DNA of 62,945 nt, filler included, from Diploschistes diacapsis (GCA_023645945.1; 20 parts of 20 records of this genome joined end to end with filler, not necessarily neighbours in it); one strand, 5' to 3'. Positions 1 to 11,520 are shown, counted from the whole stretch's first letter. Numbers and translations: made by a program. The notes: generated by a model not told the origin, from the sequence alone.

Positions 1-159
1 ATTAGGAGATCTAACATTATCGAAGATTACTAAATAATATTAATTACTAATAATAATAATTAGATAAAAGTATCTATAAAAGATCTTTTATCTCCTACCA
101 TTTACAGCGATTATGTCGTATAGATACAAATTATTAGAGGGAATGAAGATAAGATTCTA

Positions 160-288
160 AAAGCTAGGTGGGGGCAGCGAGCTCATATAGCCAAGAGGGT
201 GTGGATGCCTGGCGGCATCGTGTCGTCACCAGCGACAGTGGCGATGGCAAGAGCAAGCGACCCAGCAGCAGCTAGTAGAGCTACTACA
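160..288 (-). mobile_element. Terminal segment of repeat family E (probable LTR beginning TGTAGTAGC on minus strand)
   Basis: Homologous to 1400-1574 (GGGCAGCGAGC..GTGTGGATGCC..GGCATCGTG..GCGACAG..GCAAGCGA..GCTACTACA); similarity stops sharply at CTACTACA in both copies. Confidence 0.6.
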
Positions 289-428
289 GTTTATCTCTAT
301 TAACATTCTTCTTCATCCATGTATTAATTATTAATATTAATAATACGCTATCTTCATATTCATTCTTTACCTCCAATAATAATAACACTTTATTATTATA
401 TGCAAGCCATTTATTCACTATCTTAGCG

Positions 429-542
429 CCTATTTAGGAATCCCACTTCCACTTTCAACAAAATACGACGGCGTTAAAAATATTCCCGAAGCGATAACGA
501 GTTAAAATACTGTTGAAAGTGGAAGTGGAATTCCTAAATAGG
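429..542. repeat. 32-bp inverted repeat with 50-bp spacer
   Basis: CCTATTTAGGAATCCCACTTCCACTTTCAACA (429-460) versus TGTTGAAAGTGGAAGTGGAATTCCTAAATAGG (511-542), one mismatch. Confidence 0.85.
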
Positions 543-569
543 TAGAACGCCCCTACAGGAATAGGTGCT

Positions 570-745
570 ACACTACCGGGGGCTGAGCCTGATCCGGGAG
601 GATTGCGTGTAACTGAGCATCTGTAGGCTGAATGGTTCAGATTCGAAACGGTAAAGAAGAAAATAACTAGGTTGGAATTAGCGAGGTATAAATACTTCCC
701 GGGTCAGCCCTTCAGCCCTACGGGGTTCAACCCTTGAGCCCACGG
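570..745 (-). mobile_element. Diverged fragment of LTR family A
   Basis: ACTACCGGGGGCTGAGCCTGATCCGG..GCATCTG..GATTCGAAA..CAGCCCTACGGGGTTC aligns by eye with 39856-40007. Confidence 0.6.
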
Positions 746-901
746 ACATTCAGGATATTCCAATATAAGAAATACGAGATTCTATAAACAATTAAGAAAC
801 TAAATCATCCATAGAAGTTAATCACGATAGATTTCATGATCAAATTATTAATATTTAATGATTTAATAACAAACGTTTTATATAATAACATTTAAGTCCT
901 A

Positions 902-1204
902 ACGTATATGCATAGAGAGCGGACACTCATAGCGAGCGGATACTTCCCATTTGATTTTACCGACTTTTAACTTTTGTATCAATTTTCTACGCGTACGATC
1001 ATGGAATTATCTTTAATTAATAATAGAATTATAATGGCACTTTAGGCTATTAAATAAGATCTAAATTTTAATATAAAACGCGTATTTTAAATATATAAGA
1101 TTCCTCATACGACGCTTATTACTCGACGCGATGATCGTATTTTAAAATACGATATTCTAATTAAATTAATAAATTTAATTTTATTAAAAAAAACGATTTT
1201 TGAT
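902..1204 (+). mobile_element. pogo/Fot1-like DNA transposon left end: TIR plus RIP-decayed transposase N-terminus (HTH_psq-like)
   Basis: TA|ACGT terminus with tandem CATAG(A/C)GAGCGGA(C/T)ACT repeats; from 1001 reads MELSLINNRIIMAL*AIK*DLNFNIKRVF*IYKIPHTTLITRRD, resembling Fot1/Pot2 N-termini. Confidence 0.75.
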
Positions 1205-1304
1205 NNNNNNNNNNNNNNNNNNNNNNNNNNNNNNNNNNNNNNNNNNNNTTAATTAATTAANNNNNNNNNNNNNNNNNNNNNNNNNNNNNNNNNNNNNNNN
1301 NNNN
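1205..1304. other. Artificial contig linker N44-TTAATTAATTAA-N44; 19 copies starting at 1205, 2509, 3812, 5115, 6418, 7720, 27546, 28847, 30148, 31449, 32750, 34050, 35349, 36648, 37947, 39246, 40545, 60350, 61648
   Basis: Identical 100-bp spacer with stops in all six frames; the short flanking contigs decrease monotonically in length (1204 to 1198 bp). Confidence 0.98.
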
Positions 1305-1399
1305 GAGCTAAATTGTTCTATAGATTGGATAATTAATCGTTGCTACCATTTTGTCAGAATGGACTTAAATTAGTGGATGTAATAAAAGATGGTATTTTA

Positions 1400-1574
1400 A
1401 AAGTTACTGAGGGCAGCGAGCCCTTTATAGCTACCAGGTGTGTGGATGCCTAAAGGCATCGTGGCCCATTGCGTCACAAGCGACAGCAGCGAGGGCAAAT
1501 GCAAGCGAACCCCCTAGTAGCAATAGCAGTAGCAGTGGCAGTGGCAACAGCTAGTAGCCATAGCAGCTACTACA
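1400..1574 (-). mobile_element. Second copy of the family E terminus
   Basis: Homology to 160-288; ends ...GCTACTACA, abutting a foldback element. Confidence 0.6.
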
Positions 1575-2047
1575 TGAAGACTCGAAAAAACGGATTTTTG
1601 AATCTTTTAAAATCTGCTTTAACCAAGCAAAAAGTATTTTATTTGAATATATCATTACGAGTGGTTTTATGCATGAATTCTAATAAAAGTATAAAAAACG
1701 CTTTTTCGACGTTATACGGTCGTTGTGTGACCTTTTTCATCATTTTTCAGTCATCTTATAATATTTTTGATTAAGCGAAAACTAGCCGTTATATGGCCAA
1801 ATTATTTAAAATCTTTCGGATTTTGAAAAATAAAGCCACACAACGACTTTATAACGTCGGAAAAATGTTTTTCTAAAATTTTTAATAGAATTTATGCGTA
1901 ATACCACTCGTAATGATATATTCAAATAAAATACTTATTGCTTGGTTAAAGCAGATTTTAAAGATTCCAAAATGAGTTTTTTCGAGTCTTCATTCTTAAT
2001 TCGTTTAAAAAAGCTAACTGATGCCGTAATCAATATGCACTTTTTAT
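1575..2047. mobile_element. Foldback / long-TIR non-autonomous element (family D), left end truncated
   Basis: ~155-bp inverted arms (about 1575-1730 versus 1836-1993); right end ..AACTGATGCCGTAATCAATATGCACTTT resembles the 2873-3399 termini. Confidence 0.7.
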
Positions 2048-2050
2048 ATA

Positions 2051-2508
2051 ACGTGTTTCACGGTCATCTAGGCCACCCCTCCATCTAAGCCACCTCAAAT
2101 CACTACCGCCAACATTTTACGGTTTTTAAATATAACCTATTCGTCGCAATCAGAATCTAATCGATTCGAATCGAATCTATCTTCCTTCTCTTTATTTTTC
2201 TCGATTTTAGAAACGCGACGACGTTTTTTACGCGTTATAAATCGTTTCGAAACTATTCGATTCGATTTAATTTAAATTATTATTTTAAGAATTTCGTTTA
2301 TATTAAATATAAAACGATCTTTTAATTCGATTCGTTTATTTGATTTACGTTTTTTACGATTATTAAAAAGTGTTTTTTATTTTCGGTTTTCTTTACGAAA
2401 CGTTATAAATTTAATATACGTCGATTTAAATATATAAGTTATTCGATTTAAATAACGTCGAATCGGGGTAATTAATTTTAAAACGGCTCGTAACGTTTAA
2501 TTAAATTC
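2051..2508. mobile_element. pogo/Fot1-like transposon end (family C, TIR ACGTGTTTCACGG...)
   Basis: TA|ACGTGTTTCACGGTCATCTAGGCCACCCCTCCATCTAAGCCACC; the internal sequence matches 32446-32749; the same TIR occurs at about 2810, 3520, 30352 and 31967. Confidence 0.8.
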
Positions 2509-2872
2509 NNNNNNNNNNNNNNNNNNNNNNNNNNNNNNNNNNNNNNNNNNNNTTAATTAATTAANNNNNNNNNNNNNNNNNNNNNNNNNNNNNNNNNNNN
2601 NNNNNNNNACTTGCTTTCGAATCGTTATTTTTAATTCGCTTTAAAAAAGTAACTGCTGACATAATCAATGTGCACTTTTCGGTTATAGTATAGAATTGAG
2701 CTAATAGTAATGTTTCGAAAAAAAATCAAAAATAACGATTAAATTCGAAGAGTTATTAAAGATTCAAAATATTTCTTGGCAAAAGTGGCCGAGATGACCG
2801 TGAAACACGTTATAAGAGGAGTTTTTATAGAAGGATCTCCTCTTTTCTTCTTTAGATATTGGTTCATGAATA

Positions 2873-3399
2873 CTATAACCGAAAAGTGCACATTGATTAT
2901 GTCAGCAGTTACTTTTTTAAAGCGAATTAAAAATAACGATTCGAAAGCAAGTATTATTTTATCTTTCAAAATCAGTTATAACGTAACAAAAAATAGGTTT
3001 TTTAAATATATCATGATAAGCGGCTTTATGCGTAGATCCCAATAAAATATAAAAAAACGGGTTTTCGATGTTTTAAAGTCGTTATATAGTCTTATTCTTT
3101 AATATCAGTAGAATTAAAGAATTTGGGTTGGCGACGGTTATTTTTCGTTTACTCTAAAATAACTAAAAAATGATCAAAAACGTTACACAACCACTGTGTA
3201 ACGTCGAAAAACCGTTTTTTTATATTTTTATTAAGATTTACGCATAAAACCGTTTATAATAATATATTTAAAAAACGTATTTTTTGCTGCGTTATGATGG
3301 ATTTTGAAAGATAAAATGATACGTATTTTCGAGTCCTTATTTTTAATTTGCTTTAAAAAGTAACTGCTGACATAATCAATGTGCACTTTTCGGTGATAG
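2873..3399. mobile_element. Complete ~527-bp foldback/MITE (family D) flanked by TA
   Basis: TA|CTATAACCGAAAAGTGCACATTGATTATGTCAGCAG... and ...CTGCTGACATAATCAATGTGCACTTTTCGGTGATAG|TA; arms are complementary for more than 200 bp. Confidence 0.8.
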
Positions 3400-4724
3400 T
3401 AGAGGATTGAGCTAATAGTAATGTTTCGAAAAAAATCAAAAATAACGATTAAATTCGAAGAGTTATTAAAGATTCAAAATATTTCTTGGCAAAAGTGGCC
3501 GAGATGACCGTGAAACACGTTATGAATCTGCGGTCTTGACGCGGCGCTAAGGCTGAATTCCTTCGTTCGCCCGGAAAACTATTACAACCATTTATTATAA
3601 TTTTTTTTTTTTTTTAGTTCTGAGTTTTTAAAACCGTTGCTTACGTTTATCTAAAAACTTTTATAAAAATCCCGATATACCTTCGCTAATCTCGCGGAAG
3701 GATAGCGGGCACGTATTCGTCGTAAAGCGGGAAATTTGTCGGCCTGGTATCGATTAATTAATATACGGGCCGGTATCGATCCATTAACGCGTGAAACGCA
3801 GATATATAAGTNNNNNNNNNNNNNNNNNNNNNNNNNNNNNNNNNNNNNNNNNNNNTTAATTAATTAANNNNNNNNNNNNNNNNNNNNNNNNNNNNNNNNN
3901 NNNNNNNNNNNCGGCGTTGGAGGGGAAGGGGGCGGTATTGACAGCGACTTAGTTAAAAGACATTTTGGGACTTATAAATTATTAGCCTTGTTTAGCTGAA
4001 TTATTTAGTTCAGCAGCTCCAGTTCCGTAGTAAAAGATAAATCATGAGTTCAAGATAGATAAAAGCTTTTATTTATAGTTTTGGGCTTTTAAGTTCAGTA
4101 ACAGCAGGATCTATCTATGTATTGCCAGTTATAGCTGGTAATAGGATGTCGACGAAGCTGAAAAGTCATCTTTACAGATTTTGAAAATATCTATTCTACG
4201 CGTGGGAGGTTGAGTTACAAAAGTGTTTACTTTTGATTTAATCTTAAAGTGGACAATTATTGAAGCTATTCTGAACGTTCAGCTGAACATAAGCAGGGGT
4301 TTGGGGATGCAATCCTTAATAATAAAAAAAGGTAGGGGTTTGGGGGTGCAACCCCCAATAACTTACCCAGTTTTTTAAAGTTAGATTTTTTATTTATTAC
4401 TTATTGTTTTGCTTAGGAACTTAAAGGGCGACATCATATGTCGCTAGATACATGATATTTCGATTCTTAAAGGATTTTATTTTGTGATAATGCTTGAATC
4501 ATATATTGAATGGTGTATTATTGTATTAAGCGAGACGGTTTAGATTAAGAATAAAGGATTTACTTTTAACTTATGGTGTCTCGATAATCTATTTAAACAA
4601 TAATTATATATTATATCATAAGAATTCTCTTGAACGGCGAATTTTTTAATTAGTTATCGTCTTTCGCATTTTTTAACTTCAATTTTCCGTTTAATATTCG
4701 CATCTTTTAGTTGGAATAGCTTGA

Positions 4725-5114
4725 TGTTACGATCCAAGTACCAGACTTGGCACGTCCCAGCTTTGTATATAGATCAGTCACGGGACCAGGGGTCACGTGA
4801 TGCGCTCACTGCTCGCGCTTATTCTCGTGAGCGGCGAGCGAGTTTTCGCCATCGCTTGACGATCGCGCTTATTCTTATGAGCGGCGAGCTTTGAGAGTAT
4901 CGTTCGTTAAGTTTACGATAAACGACGAGCGAGCTAATTATATATAAACACGACTTTATTTTCGTAAAAAAAAACGTGTTTATTTTTATAAATATCTTTA
5001 ACGATTACTCGGGATCAATCTATATTCGTTATTTTTATCATTTAAAAAGCCTTCTTTTTAAAAATAGTTTAAGATTTATAATTATTCTATCTTCTTCTCC
5101 TATTACACTTCTCT
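4725..5114 (+). mobile_element. LTR family B (TGTTACGA... 5' end)
   Basis: Near-identical to the reverse complement of 32850-33248; the 3' part matches 29150-29257, a copy that ends CATAACA. Confidence 0.75.
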
Positions 5115-5299
5115 NNNNNNNNNNNNNNNNNNNNNNNNNNNNNNNNNNNNNNNNNNNNTTAATTAATTAANNNNNNNNNNNNNNNNNNNNNNNNNNNNNN
5201 NNNNNNNNNNNNNNAATGTATTATTCGTTTAAAGCAGCGATTATGGCGAATAATTTTTAATCGCTTATATCGTAATTAATTTTTATTAATAACATCTTT

Positions 5300-5939
5300 T
5301 TCGAATAATAGGTTATCAGCCGTTACTTATTATAGTCGTTGTTTTGGACGAATGGTATATTTATATTTACGGAGCAAAGAAAACCGAAATGTATATAGAT
5401 TATATGAATTTATTAAAGTTCATAATAATAAAGAAATTTAATTTAAAACAATTTCGTTGGTCGGAGATTTTCGAACGATACCGTTTCACGATCAAGAAGA
5501 TCGCAGATAAAGCAAACGAACGAACTAACGCGTTAAACAGACGGCCAGATGACATAATAAAAAAACCGCGTTAAACCAAGCTATTAAAAATCAATAATAA
5601 TAAATCATTCACGATAAATTTTCGAGAATTTATAATAATCATAAATATCTTAAAAAATCAATGTTGAACTAAACCGCTAGACCAAAAGATGCGCACCTCT
5701 TAGCAAGCAGCAGTTCATGTTTATATTCCAGCAATCAACACGAACAGTACTTAATAACACGACGGAAGCTACACGTTATTATAAAAAAGATATAGGACTA
5801 TATATAATAATATTATAATTTATCGAAATATAGATATGGAAGTATTACGAATATTATTAAAGTCATTTAACGAAACTATTATTTCGAAAGAATGAAGAAA
5901 CAAGTCACGGACTTTATCAAACAGTGCGAGAATTATTAG
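5300..5939 (+). mobile_element. Ty3/gypsy pol relic (RNase H to integrase zinc-binding region), RIP-decayed
   Basis: DEWYIYIYG..MYIDYMNL..FNLKQFRWSE..ANERTNALNRRPD matches the RNase H consensus (VYTDHKNL..LNRRQARW..N.ADALSRRPD); later RNYYFERMKKQVTDFIKQCEN. Confidence 0.8.
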
Positions 5940-6175
5940 TATAAACACAAGGCGCGCTGTCTAGGGAGACTTCCCTTGCTGTAGTAGGTAGGTAGTCGCA
6001 GGTGATGTGGTAGGGGAATGTAGTGTGATCTGGTAGTCAATAGCATACCTAGGTAAGACATTTGTGAGGTATAGGATGTATTGATTGTCTAAAGCTACCT
6101 AGCAAACCTCCTTAAATGGAATTGCCCTAATAGGGACCACCCCTATCAAATCTGCGGCCTACTTTTATATTTATA
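5940..6175. mobile_element. Short (~235-bp) LTR family F, T(G/A)TAAACA...TGTTTACA
   Basis: End-to-end homology with 34827-35061; inverted 8-bp termini. Confidence 0.75.
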
Positions 6176-6860
6176 TACGATTCCTTTTTCGATAATTCGT
6201 TGCCTTATAACGAACTTTATATAAATCTTATTAATAAAAAACCTCTATCCGGTTATCTATATCTTAATATAATTTTATATCTTTTAAACAACCGAAATAC
6301 TTAAAAGTTTATTATCTTTAATATTTTTTTTTCGACGTAACTATGTTTTTAAACGTAATAATACTTTTGAACCTATTCTTTTGCATTCTACTCTCTCGAA
6401 TCACGGTAGGACAGAAANNNNNNNNNNNNNNNNNNNNNNNNNNNNNNNNNNNNNNNNNNNNTTAATTAATTAANNNNNNNNNNNNNNNNNNNNNNNNNNN
6501 NNNNNNNNNNNNNNNNNATTTAATATCGTAATGTTTTCGTTATCAAAAAAAGCGTTAATATAAAAAACGGATTATATTATTTAATTAAATAAATCGCGTA
6601 TAATACGTTTAAAATAAATCGAATTATTTTTAATAGCTCGGAATCGAGTTATTACGAATCGAAACGTTTAAATAAATTTTATAAATATTAAATTATAATT
6701 TATTAATTTTATAATCGTATTTAATAAGCTTTATTCGATTTATCGGATCCTTTTATTTCTATTTTATAATCTTTTTTTAACCTCGAATTAATTCGATTTA
6801 GATTTATTTTTATTATATAATTTTTTATTAAATGCGACCGAATTACGAAAGGTTAATAAA

Positions 6861-7719
6861 TGAGACAGCCCAGCCCAGGGGCCTGCCAAGCTGGGCCTGC
6901 CAAGCCACGGCAGGGTCAATGCCCAGGTGCTTGCCAAGCCACGGCAGGGTCAATGCCCAGGTGCTTGCCAAGACACGGCAGGGTCAGGAGATGGCTGTGT
7001 AGACGGGTAGTCCTCGAACCCTGGTAGGTCCGACATTTATACTACTTAACGGTACTCTTTTCTTATTTAGATAGTTTCTTCTTTAACTTTTCGAATCGAG
7101 ATCTTTTATTTATAGATATTTAAACTATACTTAATCCTTCCGGATCAGGCCTAGCTTTCGATAGAGTAATATCTTTTCCTGCGTTAGCGTTTTATATTCG
7201 AAAAGCTTACTTTATTTTCGTATTTATGACGAGAATTTAAAACGTTAACCGAACTAAGTATTTGAATGAGTTTACGATAACCGGAATTCGAAAGTATTAC
7301 TCGCCGAATTATTATAAACAATGGTTCTCGTTAATAGAAAGGATTAAAAAAGAAAGAAAAAATCGATAATACCTTCGTTTTTTAAAGAATTAATCGAGAT
7401 ACTATCGGTTAAAGAATACGATTTAGTAGATAAATCGTCAGCTAAAAAATAATTCGTAAAATATTCCGCGTTATAGCAGTTATTAACGCCAGGGACCTTC
7501 GAAGGATTCAATATTAGCGAAGAATTAGTACGGGAAAGATCCCAGAAGGACCTTCGCGTCGAACTTAAGCGACGAATATCTTCGTTTAAAGACTCGATGA
7601 AAGAATAGATTAATTAAAATAACGTTATTGAGAACGTGATGGACTTATAGTTATGGGAATAAGTAAAAGAGATCTATTAACGAATTAAACATAAATTAAC
7701 GAAATTAATAGAATTAGTA
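6861..7719 (+). mobile_element. LTR family A (TGAGACAGCCC..., ~370 bp, with 34-bp tandem repeats) followed by a decayed gag-like start at ~7321
   Basis: Homologous to 28027-28846, 33249-33497(-) and 39346-40122(-); sharp TG 5' boundary in all copies; 3' LTR boundary (~7231) is approximate. Confidence 0.7.
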
Positions 7720-8564
7720 NNNNNNNNNNNNNNNNNNNNNNNNNNNNNNNNNNNNNNNNNNNNTTAATTAATTAANNNNNNNNNNNNNNNNNNNNNNNNN
7801 NNNNNNNNNNNNNNNNNNNGATTGCGGTTGGGCGGAGCAGCGCGGAGGCGGATCTGGTGCTCAGCGGGGGTTGGTGAGGAGGGGGAGGGGGGGGGCGCTT
7901 GGTGTGAGGGATGTTGTGTGGACCAACTGTGAGGAGATTCTGGGCCAGGGCAGTTTGGCATCTGGAAACAAAGAACTTGCTGGTTCAATCGGGTTTCTGG
8001 TCAAGGTAGGCACCAAAGCTCTTTTGAGGAATTCTGGCCACAAGAGGGGGCTAAGGGCCATTGTTTGGGCTGCATGTGAATTACGACCGAACCAACGAAT
8101 GGAGGTTTCTTTTTTTTTTTTTTTTGCAATGCCCAGGAAATCTTTCGATTGTCCCGGTCGGTCCCTTCGCTACGTTGTATCCCCCGAACGCCAGTGCCGC
8201 CGCGAAGATCTTCCCATGCATCAACTCTTACGGCGTGAAGCAACTTGTGCATGACTGAAGCGTTCCTCCTCCGGTTGTCCGGCCGAATGTTTTGTATAAT
8301 GGAAGCGCTTCCTGTAGACAACAGAAGCGATCCTCATGTAGTTTCATATCTATTTGCAAGGTCTCCGCCAATCTATCCCAGATTTTCCCCAGACGGATAT
8401 CATAAATGTCTTGCTCCAAGTCCCTCATGCCCGTCAACGCCCATCGCTATGCATGCAATACGCCCGTGCCTGGCCCCTTCCATAAACCACATGCAAATTC
8501 CCACGGCATAAACATCCTCCGTCCAACCAACTTTTCTCGGCTCCTGCTCCGCGGATCCAGCACC

Positions 8565-10206
8565 TCAAGCACCAGTGTTTATCCAAAACGACCCCCCACA
8601 AATCAGCGAAATCAATAATATACTCACAATACTCGCCCCCGCCTGATCCCCCTTCGTGACAGGCCCGGGCATGGACGCCCCGCTCCAAGTCTGAGCGTTC
8701 GTCCCCGCGCCGGCATCCCCCTGGCTCGTCCCGCCGCTAGTTTCCGTCACCGGTCCCTTGCCCGCGCCGCCTTCTCCAGCACCGACTGCACTTCCTTGGC
8801 CGCTGCCGCCGGCCCCCGCCCTCCCGTTCGCCCCGGTGGACGAAGAAGAAGTGTTGTTTTGAGCAACGAATGCCAAGGTGGTATGCACCACCTCCAGCGC
8901 GCTCATCTGCTGCCCCACGCCCATGCTCCCGTCCCAGGTGCCCGTCGTCCACTTCGTCCCGCAGATCGTGCTCGAGGAGCCGCCGGTGCACTGCTTGGCG
9001 GCCGCCGCGGCGGAAGATGCGAGCAGAGGTTGGATGGTGGGTGCAGTGAAGGGCGCGAGGACGGCGGTTGCGGCCAGCCAGCGTGAGAGGTAGGCTTTGA
9101 AGGAGAGCTGGTCGGTGTCGCAGGTTGGCGCAGAGCCGGGCGAGGAGCCGTCTTCGCAGGCGACTTCGACCATGACGTTGCCTGTGGAAGAGGGGAAGAA
9201 GGTGGATTGGGCGTTTTTCAGGAGGCCAGTGACGCGCTCTTGCCAGAGGGAGGAGCCGTTGGTCTGGAAAGGATTAGTTGAGGGTTTGGGGAGTTCATAT
9301 GATGGGGTTGGGACCTACGTAGTTGTACATGTTGGCTGCACCGTGTAAGTAGATGCCTATGTTGTAGGTCCATTGTAGTTTCGTCACGGTTGTGCAGTTA
9401 TCTTCGATGTGGGCGCCGTCGTAAACGGCGAAGGAGGTAGGATCTATCAGGTTTACATCTTGCATCCAATCAAACTGCTTTTCGGCCCAGTCTGCATAGC
9501 TTTGGTTGTTGGTATATCGCGCTAGACGAGCGGCCAGATTGAAATTGGCACCATTTGAGATGGAGTTTTTGTAGTCGAACCCGGTATTAAGAGGAAAGAT
9601 TTGCCACCGCAAGCCACCACCACAATTAGTCTGATCCCATCTGGGTACCTCCGAATTGAAGACACCCTGAGCCAGAGCAAGCCATTGGGGCTGGCCAGTA
9701 GGTGGGTTCGGGAAGTTGTATTCAGCAGCGGCCATGGCGGCCATACCCCAAAACCCTTGGTCATCGTTGCCAAGCGTGCTTGTCTGGTTCGGGGGCATGT
9801 AGTTGTTCTGGGGCCCAACTTGATGAAGCAGTCCCTGCGAAATCACATCGTTGTATGTCGAGTCACCGGTATAGAACCAATAGTCAATCATAGCCCCAAA
9901 CATTCCTCCACATTCCCACCAAAAGTACGGCGCTGGTAAATTGCCTGGCACATCGCCAGTCCTGTTCCCTGTATAAAAAGACATCATGTCGAAAGCTATC
10001 TGTGAGGCAGCTTTCTTGATCGAAGCTTGTGAAACCATCAGCCAACGCTCACCACTAGAACTCGTCTACTTACACTCATCTTTGACGTTAAGTTCAATGG
10101 CGTTCACGCACGAGCCTCCAGCCAGGATCAAAGTCGTGAGACTGCTCCATGATAGCCATGAGCATTTCCGGGCGCGACTACAAGTAGGACCTAGGAAAGG
10201 TCTCAT
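8565..10206 (-). CDS. GH76 mannan endo-1,6-alpha-mannosidase, DCW1/DFG5-like, probably GPI-anchored; exons 10206-10074, 10025-9319, 9263-8565
   Basis: [50 protein letters not shown] motifs; N-terminal hydrophobic signal; C-terminal [13 protein letters not shown] tail; GT-AG introns keep frame. Confidence 0.93.
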
Positions 10207-11520
10207 GGCGTGCCGCAGTCGGGAGCTTTCAGGTCTTCGCAAATACCAAATCCGGTTATTAGAGTACAATATTCTTGTTCTCGGTTAGAAAAGCCGGAAG
10301 TGGGTCTTGCAACCTAGGGAGTTCGATTCTAAAAACTCGTCGAGGAAGGAACGAAACACGTTCGAATGTGTGAGGACCTTGAGGCTAGCTACAAGAGAAT
10401 AGGACTGAAGGGAAAAGAATGGACAAGCGATTCGATTGCTCCTCAAAGACTCCGCTGCAGCGAAAGACAGGAACTAGGTAAACAAAAGAGAGTTTCAAGA
10501 TGGGAATAAAATGAAAGAAGATGGAAGCCGAGCAAAATGCAGTGCTTCTGCATAGACAGACAACCTCTGATGGAGTTGCTGGCGTACATGTAATAGTAAG
10601 CCCCGTACTAAGCGTCGTAGCGTACAGCTGCCAAGACTTCGCAAACTGCATCAAATAGCAAAAGGGAAGGATAATATGAATGAACAGATCAGAACGTCAA
10701 AGAATCAGGTAAGAGCTGCGCAGCAAGATCGGAGATTTTTGTGCCAGGAATCAAGCGCATCAAAGCTGCTCGTTCATGCGTCTATGCAGAAGATCATGCG
10801 TTGCAAAGAGTGTCGCAGATTTCTGAAACAAGAGACATGTCGCGGTTGACTGGCTTTCCTCTCAATACTAGGTACCTATGCTTCTGATGGGCAGTTGTTT
10901 CTTGTTTTGCATCTTTTCCGAGATCGCCCGTTTGACACCTAACAGGCTGGCCTTCTAATAAGTAAACTCAAGGGATTGGTTGGATGACAATTATGAAAAT
11001 GTGAGGACAGTTGAAGAAGACATCTGAAAATAGAACTGTGGTGGCGCCAAGAGAATCCACTATTTACCTTGTAGGCTATAGGTACACTGTAAGGGGTTGC
11101 TTTGTGCCCAGCCAATGATCACGCCAGTCTAGCATGGCTTGCCTTACAAATAGATTCTAGTTACACCGAAAGTACGAGATTGATCTCTGTAAAGAATTGG
11201 TGAGAAAAAGGAGGTTGAGGCATTCAAAGTGATACTGTGGCTGAGGACAACTGTGGCGAAAGCCCGCATCTCCGAGATCCGTTATATCCGGAGTGCCGAC
11301 AGGTTAATCCGTTCCGAAAGCGCTAGAGCTGTAATAGGGAAGGCGCATTAGTAGGACTGGCCATCATTCTCTTTGACACCCGTAAAGTTCCAACCTCTTC
11401 TCATCAACCTTCCCAAAAGCCATCCATCTCATCGGCCATCCTTATTTTCTTACTTTGACGATTTTTATCAGTTTGCCGTCGCGCTAGCATTTACAAACTT
11501 CCTGCGACCCAACTGTCAAG

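Noticed and set aside
1205..1304. Regularly spaced identical TTAATTAATTAA repeats with ~1.2-kb spacers
   Set aside because: Artificial concatenation linkers; adjacency across them has no biological meaning
6899..6985. CRISPR-like 34-bp direct repeats
   Set aside because: Head-to-tail with no spacers, inside a eukaryotic LTR-like repeat, and no cas genes
7820..8520. Short overlapping ORFs downstream of the GH76 gene
   Set aside because: No recognisable motifs; homopolymer-rich intergenic DNA
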